Assembly: GCA_965238175.1 (NCBI GenBank)
Contig: CBDEGZ010000003.1
Coordinates: 934,089-998,088, forward strand
Origin: Gammaproteobacteria bacterium
GTDB lineage: Bacteria; Pseudomonadota; Gammaproteobacteria; CAJXQU01
Reading direction: 5' to 3'
DNA: 64,000 bases
Below the pieces are notes generated by a model. The model was given only the letters and a program-made list of their open reading frames with translations, did no database searches and was not told the DNA's origin. Made by a program: the position numbers and the translations under genes. This document shows, one piece after another, positions 58,519-64,000 of the stretch (its first letter is position 1; every line of letters starts with the position of its first letter).

Positions 58519-58827
58519 ATGAGCAACGAGAATGAACAACACACAACCGTAATCAATTCACAGCAAGGTAATAGACCTATAGACACACTTTGGGATGGTT
58601 CTATTAAAGTCGCTATTTTTAAAAACCAACGGCAAAACGGTGTGTCATTTTCTGCTGAGGCAGGTCGGATTTATACCGATAGCCACGGTCAGACACAGGA
58701 AGCCAAAAGTTTTTCAGGTAGAGAATTACTTAGCGTGGCAAAACTTTCAGAAAAAGCCTATGACCGTATCGGCGAATTCAAGCAACAAATGAAATCTCAG
58801 CAACGAGGCACAGAGCGAGAACGCTAG
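58519..58827 (+). CDS. Hypothetical protein
   Basis: 102-aa ORF with RBS aggag. It ends in ...QQRGTERER. Confidence 0.45.
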   Translation: MSNENEQHTTVINSQQGNRPIDTLWDGSIKVAIFKNQRQNGVSFSAEAGRIYTDSHGQTQEAKSFSGRELLSVAKLSEKAYDRIGEFKQQMKSQQRGTERER

Positions 58828-58969
58828 ACAAAAAATAGAGATTGCCGTTGTGAATGCAACGGCTGTTTTTTGTATTGCCAGATTTAAAAATATCGGTTAA
58901 ATGTTCTCGTTATGTTCTATTTAGAAAAGGAGAGAGCATTGATGTATTAATTCAAGACACGGAGGCGTG

Positions 58970-59314
58970 ATGAAAAATAATAACACTATTGAAATCGCTG
59001 ACTATAGCGAAGAGCAAAACGATATTGCGGTTGTGCCGCCCCTGCAATTGGAGCCGGATGACTATCGGGATGAGTTGGCAGAATTTGAGCTTACACCCGA
59101 GCAGGAAACTGAACTGTTGCAAGTACTCTGGAATATCATGTCAACAATGGTTGACCTTGGTTGGGGACTGGATTCTGTACAACTGTTTTCATTGCCAAAA
59201 GCACATAAAATTGACAGCGATTCCAGTGACAAGGTAAAACTAACAGACAACAACCAAGCATTTAATCAGACCGCAGGAAATACAACTGAGAAAGGCAACA
59301 ATGATGAAAAATGA
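58970..59314 (+). CDS. Acidic hypothetical protein overlapping the recombinase start
   Basis: The ATG at 58970 lies 4 nt after ggagg. The N-terminal half is very acidic. 14-nt overlap with the recombinase ORF. Confidence 0.45.
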   Translation: MKNNNTIEIADYSEEQNDIAVVPPLQLEPDDYRDELAEFELTPEQETELLQVLWNIMSTMVDLGWGLDSVQLFSLPKAHKIDSDSSDKVKLTDNNQAFNQTAGNTTEKGNNDEK

Positions 59315-60860
59315 AACAAATAAGAAAGCCCTTATCTACTGTCGCGTTTCCAGTAAGAAACAAACTAAAGGCAGTGGGTTGGACAGTCAGGAACACCGTT
59401 GCCGTCAATATGCAGCCTCTAAGGGCTATGAAGTCGAAGCTGTTTTTCCCGATGATGTAACCGGAGCAGGTGATTTTATGAAACGTCCCGGCATGGTGGC
59501 CTTGCTAGCGTATCTGCAAGCGCAGACAGACAGCAATTACGTGGTGATTTTCGACGATCTCAAACGTTTCGCTCGTGACACTATCTTTCACTGGGGGTTA
59601 CGTCACAAGCTCTTAGAATATGGCGCTACAGTGGAATGCCTGAATTTCAACTTTGAAGATACACCGGAAGGTGAGTTTGTTGAAACCATTGTTGCTGCGC
59701 AAGGGCAGCTTGAACGCCAGCAAAACCGCCGTCAGACCTTGCAAAAGATGAAAGCCCGACTTGAGAAAGGTTTTTTCGTTTTTCAGGCACCCATTGGTTA
59801 TCGCTATCAGAAATCACAGTATGGTGGAAAAGAATTAGTCAGGAATGAACCGCTTGCCAGTATCATGCAAGAGGCATTGGAAGGGTTTGCCACGGGTCGG
59901 TTTCAGATCAAGGCTGAGGTGAAACACTTTCTGGAGAGTTTTCCTGATTTCCCACGAGGCCCAAGCGGAGTCATCGGTAGTTCACGTATTGATGAAATGC
60001 TGACCCGTGTTACTTACGCTGGATATATTGAGCATAAGGACTGGGGAGTGAGTTTACGAAAGGCGCGCCATGAAGGAATAATCAACTTTGAAATGTTCCA
60101 GAAAATACAGGAGCGTCTTAGAGGTCGAGCTAATGCGCCAGCCAGAAAAAATATCAATCAGGATTTTCCGTTGCGCGGCTTTATCAGTTGCTCGTGTGGA
60201 AAACCGTTAACCGCAGCATGGTCAAAGGGGCGTAATACCCATTACCCCTATTATTTTTGTCAGGCTCGCGATTGCAGTCATTACGGTAAGTCCATCAAGC
60301 GTGAAGTCATAGAAGGCGAATTTAAAACCCTGCTCAAACAACTAACCCCAACAAAGGAATTAATCGGGGTCGCCAGCATCATGTTTGAAAAGCTATGGAA
60401 TCATCGAGCGCAATATCAACAATCTCGTGTCTCCATGCTTGATACTGAATATATCAAAATTGATCGCAGTATCGACAAATTGCTTGATCGAGTCGTTGAT
60501 GCTGAATCACCAACAGTGATAAATGCACTTGAGAAACGAGTTAAAGCATTGGAAGAAAAGAAAATTGTGATACAGGAAAAAACCGCCAATTGTCGCCGCC
60601 CGGTAAAGGCCTATAGTGACAGTTATAGAACCGCTATGGAATTCCTCGCTAAGCCTTATAGGCTATGGGCTTCCGATCGGCTTGAAGATAAGCGAGCAGT
60701 GCTAAAATTAGCCTTTGCAGACCGCTTAACCTATGTGCGTGGCGAAGGTTATAGAACCGCAAAAACCACCTTACCTTTCAAGGTATTAGGGGATTTTTTT
60801 GCTCAAAAAGAAGTAATGGTGGGCCCGGGAGGACTCGAACCTCCGACCAATGGATTATGA
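59301..60860 (+). CDS. Large serine recombinase (integrase of the element)
   Basis: LIYCRVSSKKQ catalytic Ser, a recombinase domain, and a Zn-ribbon Cys cluster (CSCGKPL...YYFCQARDC). The last 12 codons are antisense to the tRNA gene. Confidence 0.9.
   Translation: MMKNETNKKALIYCRVSSKKQTKGSGLDSQEHRCRQYAASKGYEVEAVFPDDVTGAGDFMKRPGMVALLAYLQAQTDSNYVVIFDDLKRFARDTIFHWGLRHKLLEYGATVECLNFNFEDTPEGEFVETIVAAQGQLERQQNRRQTLQKMKARLEKGFFVFQAPIGYRYQKSQYGGKELVRNEPLASIMQEALEGFATGRFQIKAEVKHFLESFPDFPRGPSGVIGSSRIDEMLTRVTYAGYIEHKDWGVSLRKARHEGIINFEMFQKIQERLRGRANAPARKNINQDFPLRGFISCSCGKPLTAAWSKGRNTHYPYYFCQARDCSHYGKSIKREVIEGEFKTLLKQLTPTKELIGVASIMFEKLWNHRAQYQQSRVSMLDTEYIKIDRSIDKLLDRVVDAESPTVINALEKRVKALEEKKIVIQEKTANCRRPVKAYSDSYRTAMEFLAKPYRLWASDRLEDKRAVLKLAFADRLTYVRGEGYRTAKTTLPFKVLGDFFAQKEVMVGPGGLEPPTNGL
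60802..60824 (+). repeat. attR-side copy of the 23-bp direct repeat
   Basis: Identical to 41868-41890. It spans the recombinase 3' coding region and the tRNA 3' end. Confidence 0.85.
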
Positions 60861-60893
60861 GTCCACTGCTCTAACCAACTGAGCTACAGGCCC
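60817..60893 (-). tRNA. ileX: tRNA with CAU anticodon, most likely tRNA-Ile2 (lysidine)
   Basis: Manual fold: acceptor GGGCCTG/CGGGCCC, D stem GCTC/GAGC, anticodon stem GTGGA/TCCAT with loop CTCATAA, T arm GGAGG-TTCGAGT-CCTCC, encoded CCA. C4-G69, C5-G68 and G27-U43, together with the position next to rpoD, resemble E. coli ileX. Confidence 0.85.
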
Positions 60894-60986
60894 TGAATGG
60901 GTTGGCAATTATAGCCGAGTGCGTTTGATCCTGAAAGTCAGGATCAAACTTATCGTTGTACGACTAAACGAATTGGATTTATTAGT

Positions 60987-62212
60987 TGTAGAAGTTTAGA
61001 CCCAATCTGACACATCACTAAATCAAGCGGAGCGTAGCGACGCTTGATTTAGTGAGAGTTACCCGCTTTGATGTAACTGCAACGTAAACATCAAAACACA
61101 AAGAGGTAACTCTCATGATTCATACTAATGACAAAGTTATAAAACATAAAGTTGGTCTACTCAATCTCGCTGAAGAACTCGGCAATGTCTCAAAAGCCTG
61201 CAAGATGATGGGTTTGTCCAGAGATACATTTTATCGCTACAAAGAAGCGGCTGATGAAGGCGGTGTAGAAGCCTTGTTTGATCGTAATCGGCGTACCCCA
61301 AATCTTAAAAACAGAATCGACCCGGCTATTGAAACCGTTGTGCTCGAGTATGCACTGGAAGAGCCCGCACATGGTCAAACGCGCACCAGTAACGAGCTGC
61401 GCAAACGGGGAACATTTGTCTCACCCAGTGGCGTTCGTTGTATCTGGCTTCGTCATGGTCTTGCTTGCTTTAAAGATCGCCTGAAGGCATTGTCTGATAA
61501 GGTAGCTGGTGAAGGCTTGATCCTCACTGAGTCTCAAGTCGCGGCGATGGAACGCAAAAAAGACGACGATGAGGCTTGTGGCGAGATAGAGACGGCACAC
61601 CCTGGTTATCTTGGCTCGCAAGATACTTACTATGTCGGTACTTTCAAAGGCATTGGTCGGGTTTATCAACAAACGTTTGTTGATACTTACAGCAAGGTCG
61701 CTCACGCGAAACTGTACCCGACTAAAACACCGATTACGGCAGCTGACATGCTCAATGACCGCGTCCTCCCATTCTACGAAGAACAACGTTTGCCTATGTT
61801 GCGCATTTTGACAGATAGAGGGACGGAGTATTGTGGGCGAGCTGACCAGCATGATTATCAGCTTTATATGGCGTTGAACAATATCGAACACACCAAAACC
61901 AAGGTCAAATCACCTCAGACGAATGGTATTTGTGAGCGATTCCATAAGACGATCCTCAATGAGTTTTATCAAGTCGCTTTGCGTAAGAAAATTTACCAAT
62001 CGATTGATGAACTGCAACTCGACCTTGACGAATGGTTGCTCAAATACAATACTCAACGAACTCACCAAGGCAAAATGTGCTGCGGGAGGACGCCGATGGA
62101 AACACTCATCGACGGACAAGCTATCTGGAAGGAAAAGTTTGTGAATTAAACTTAACCTGACAGTCGGTTACTGATAATTGGGTAACTGTCAGATCAAATC
62201 TGAATTTCTACA
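60987..62212 (+). mobile_element. IS481-family IS, copy 4, 7-bp TSD tattagt
   Basis: tattagt occurs at 60980-60986 and at 62213-62219. The right copy contains the rpoD stop codon. Confidence 0.9.
61115..62149 (+). CDS. IS481-family DDE transposase
   Basis: Identical 344-aa protein. Confidence 0.85.
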   Translation: MIHTNDKVIKHKVGLLNLAEELGNVSKACKMMGLSRDTFYRYKEAADEGGVEALFDRNRRTPNLKNRIDPAIETVVLEYALEEPAHGQTRTSNELRKRGTFVSPSGVRCIWLRHGLACFKDRLKALSDKVAGEGLILTESQVAAMERKKDDDEACGEIETAHPGYLGSQDTYYVGTFKGIGRVYQQTFVDTYSKVAHAKLYPTKTPITAADMLNDRVLPFYEEQRLPMLRILTDRGTEYCGRADQHDYQLYMALNNIEHTKTKVKSPQTNGICERFHKTILNEFYQVALRKKIYQSIDELQLDLDEWLLKYNTQRTHQGKMCCGRTPMETLIDGQAIWKEKFVN

Positions 62213-62214
62213 TA

Positions 62215-64000
62215 TTAGTTATCCAGGAAAGTTCGAAGTTGTTCTGATCGTGAAGGATGGCGTAATTTTCTTAATGCTTTTGCTTCTATTTGACGAATGC
62301 GTTCACGTGTTACATCAAACTGTTTTCCGACTTCTTCCAAGGTGTGATCGGTGTTCATGCCGATACCAAAGCGCATGCGCAGTACTTTGGCTTCTCTTGG
62401 AGTGAGTCCTTCGAGTACGTCACTTGTTGTTCTACACAGTCCTTCAAAGGTAGCTGAATCAACAGGTGCTTGGATATTAATGTCTTCAATGAAGTCTCCG
62501 AGGTGCGAATCTTCATCGTCACCTATAGGTGTTTCCATAGAGATAGGTTCTTTAGCGATTTTTAGTACTTTGCGGATCTTGTCTTCTGGCATTTGCATGC
62601 GTTCGGCAAGTTCTTCAGGTGTTGGTTCACGTCCTTTTTCTTGAAGGATTTGCCGAGAGATACGATTCAGTTTATTGATCGTTTCTATCATGTGCACGGG
62701 GATACGGATAGTACGTGCTTGATCGGCAATTGATCGCGTTATTGCTTGCCTGATCCACCATGTTGCGTAGGTGGAGAATTTGTAGCCACGACGATATTCA
62801 AATTTATCGACGGCTTTCATCAGGCCGATATTGCCTTCCTGAATAAGATCCAGAAAGAGCAGGCCACGGTTGGTGTATTTTTTCGCGATCGAAATAACCA
62901 GCCTTAAGTTGGCTTCAACCATTTCTTTTTTCGCACGCCGTGCTTTTGCCTCACCGATCGACATGCGACGGTTGATCTCTTTGATCTCCGGGATTGGCAT
63001 GTACGATCTTTCTTCAACTTGAATAAGTCGTTTTTGCGCAAATATAATATCTTCCTGATAGTTTTTTAGTTTTTCTGACCAGGGTTTTCCGGCAGCAAGT
63101 AATTGATCTGTCCAATCTAAGTTGGTTTCATTATCTTTAAATGAGGCAATGAAATCTTTACGTGGCATTCCAGAACGTTTAGTACATGCGGTGATGATGG
63201 TTTTTTCTTGCTTGCGCAGTTCATCAACTAGACCTCGAACTTCTTTATTTAAGCGATCAATAAATTTAGGTGTGAATTTAAGTTCGCGAAAGCGTTCTGC
63301 CAGTTCTTTTCTGAGAGGCTTGGTTTTATCATCTTCTCTGCCGTGTTGTTTTGTTGTAGCAAGGACTCTGTCATGCAATTTAGCGAGATGTGTGAAGCGA
63401 ATGTGTGCTTCTTCAGGATCTAATGCATTTGGATCTTCTTCCTCTTCGTCGCCATCGTCATCAGGTTCTGAATTATCTTCTGCTTCGACAGCCGGTCTTG
63501 GTGCTGGTTGGGCTGCTGCTTCGTTAGGGTCAAAAAATCCAGTGATGACGTCAGTTAATTTGAGTTCTTCCGTACCAACTTTGTCATATTCAGCTAATAC
63601 GATATCCATGATATATGGATAATCAGACAGGGCAGCAAGGACTTGGGTTAAGCCTTGTTCGATGCGTTTTGCGATGACGATCTCACCTTCTCGGGTAAGA
63701 AGGTCAACCGTTCCCATTTCACGCATATACATTCTGACGGGATCAGTTGTTCGCCCAAAGTCGTTTTCAACTAATGCCAGCGCTGCGGCTGCTTCTTCCG
63801 CCGCTTCATCACTGTCTGTGACGGCGTTATCCGACATCAACAATGAATCCATGTCTGGAGCTGTTTCATGGACTGTAATACCCATGTCATTGATCATGCT
63901 GATAATTTCTTCGATCTGCTCAGGATCTACAATTTCTCCTGGCAAGTGATCGTTTACTTCATGATATGTGAGGTAGCCCTGTTCTTTACCTTTTGCGATC
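62215..64000 (-). CDS. rpoD: RNA polymerase sigma-70 factor RpoD (5' end off window)
   Basis: Regions 1.2 to 4.2 are recognisable ([11 protein letters not shown], acidic spacer, [42 protein letters not shown]). The frame stays open to position 64000. Confidence 0.97.
   Translation of the reverse strand, partial: IAKGKEQGYLTYHEVNDHLPGEIVDPEQIEEIISMINDMGITVHETAPDMDSLLMSDNAVTDSDEAAEEAAAALALVENDFGRTTDPVRMYMREMGTVDLLTREGEIVIAKRIEQGLTQVLAALSDYPYIMDIVLAEYDKVGTEELKLTDVITGFFDPNEAAAQPAPRPAVEAEDNSEPDDDGDEEEEDPNALDPEEAHIRFTHLAKLHDRVLATTKQHGREDDKTKPLRKELAERFRELKFTPKFIDRLNKEVRGLVDELRKQEKTIITACTKRSGMPRKDFIASFKDNETNLDWTDQLLAAGKPWSEKLKNYQEDIIFAQKRLIQVEERSYMPIPEIKEINRRMSIGEAKARRAKKEMVEANLRLVISIAKKYTNRGLLFLDLIQEGNIGLMKAVDKFEYRRGYKFSTYATWWIRQAITRSIADQARTIRIPVHMIETINKLNRISRQILQEKGREPTPEELAERMQMPEDKIRKVLKIAKEPISMETPIGDDEDSHLGDFIEDINIQAPVDSATFEGLCRTTSDVLEGLTPREAKVLRMRFGIGMNTDHTLEEVGKQFDVTRERIRQIEAKALRKLRHPSRSEQLRTFLDN

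Larger units (their letters stand above)
41891..60824. mobile_element. Integrative mobilizable element (about 18.9 kb) inserted at the tRNA 3' end
   Basis: Bounded by the 23-bp direct repeats. It carries mobC, a relaxase, a T4CP and a large serine recombinase, but no mating-pair-formation genes. Confidence 0.8.

Noticed and set aside
62178-62644. Plus-strand ORFs 62178-62405 and 62351-62644, and others at 63122-63949
   Set aside because: They are antisense to rpoD, a strongly recognisable sigma-70 frame. The first also starts inside the IS481 right end.

Overview
The window is from a low-GC gammaproteobacterial-type chromosome. It may be a marine methylotroph, because a formaldehyde-activating-enzyme-like gene is present, but that is tentative. 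All family calls come from reading motifs in the translations; no database search was run.

Layout:
(1) 1-10.4 kb is core: an aa3 cytochrome c oxidase cluster (SURF1, coxB, coxA, ctaG, coxC), fae, a SixA-like phosphatase, metY and a Sel1-repeat protein.
(2) 10.6-13.8 kb holds an IS110-family element directly abutted by an IS481-family element.
(3) 14.5-23.9 kb is core TCA: lpdA, sucB and sucA on the minus strand, gltA and mdh on the plus strand.
(4) 24.2-28.7 kb holds a formate/nitrite transporter, a second heme-copper oxidase operon (subunit II, subunit I, SCO1/SenC, membrane protein) and a convergent NsrR-type regulator. It looks like an sNOR-type NO-reductase cluster.
(5) 28.7-41.9 kb is a decayed accessory region. 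It contains pseudogenes, orphan lipoproteins, a Y1 (IS200-like) transposase element with deletion derivatives, two more IS481 copies, an IS110 remnant and a remnant of a serine recombinase.
(6) 41.9-60.8 kb is a roughly 18.9 kb integrative mobilizable element bounded by a 23-bp direct repeat and inserted at the 3' end of a CAU-anticodon tRNA (probably ileX). It carries MobC, a relaxase, a TM-less T4CP and a large serine recombinase. Its cargo is HigBA, a frameshifted ParD, a small resolvase with palindromic sites, a Phd/PemK-like pair, ArdA, a DUF5131(Gp37/Gp68)-TcmP pair, and an AT-rich cassette built around an 842-aa P-loop NTPase.
(7) A fourth IS481 copy sits exactly at the stop codon of rpoD, which runs off the right edge.

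The best candidate for an undescribed system is the NTPase cassette at 51.7-55.7 kb. The adjacent DUF5131-TcmP pair comes second.
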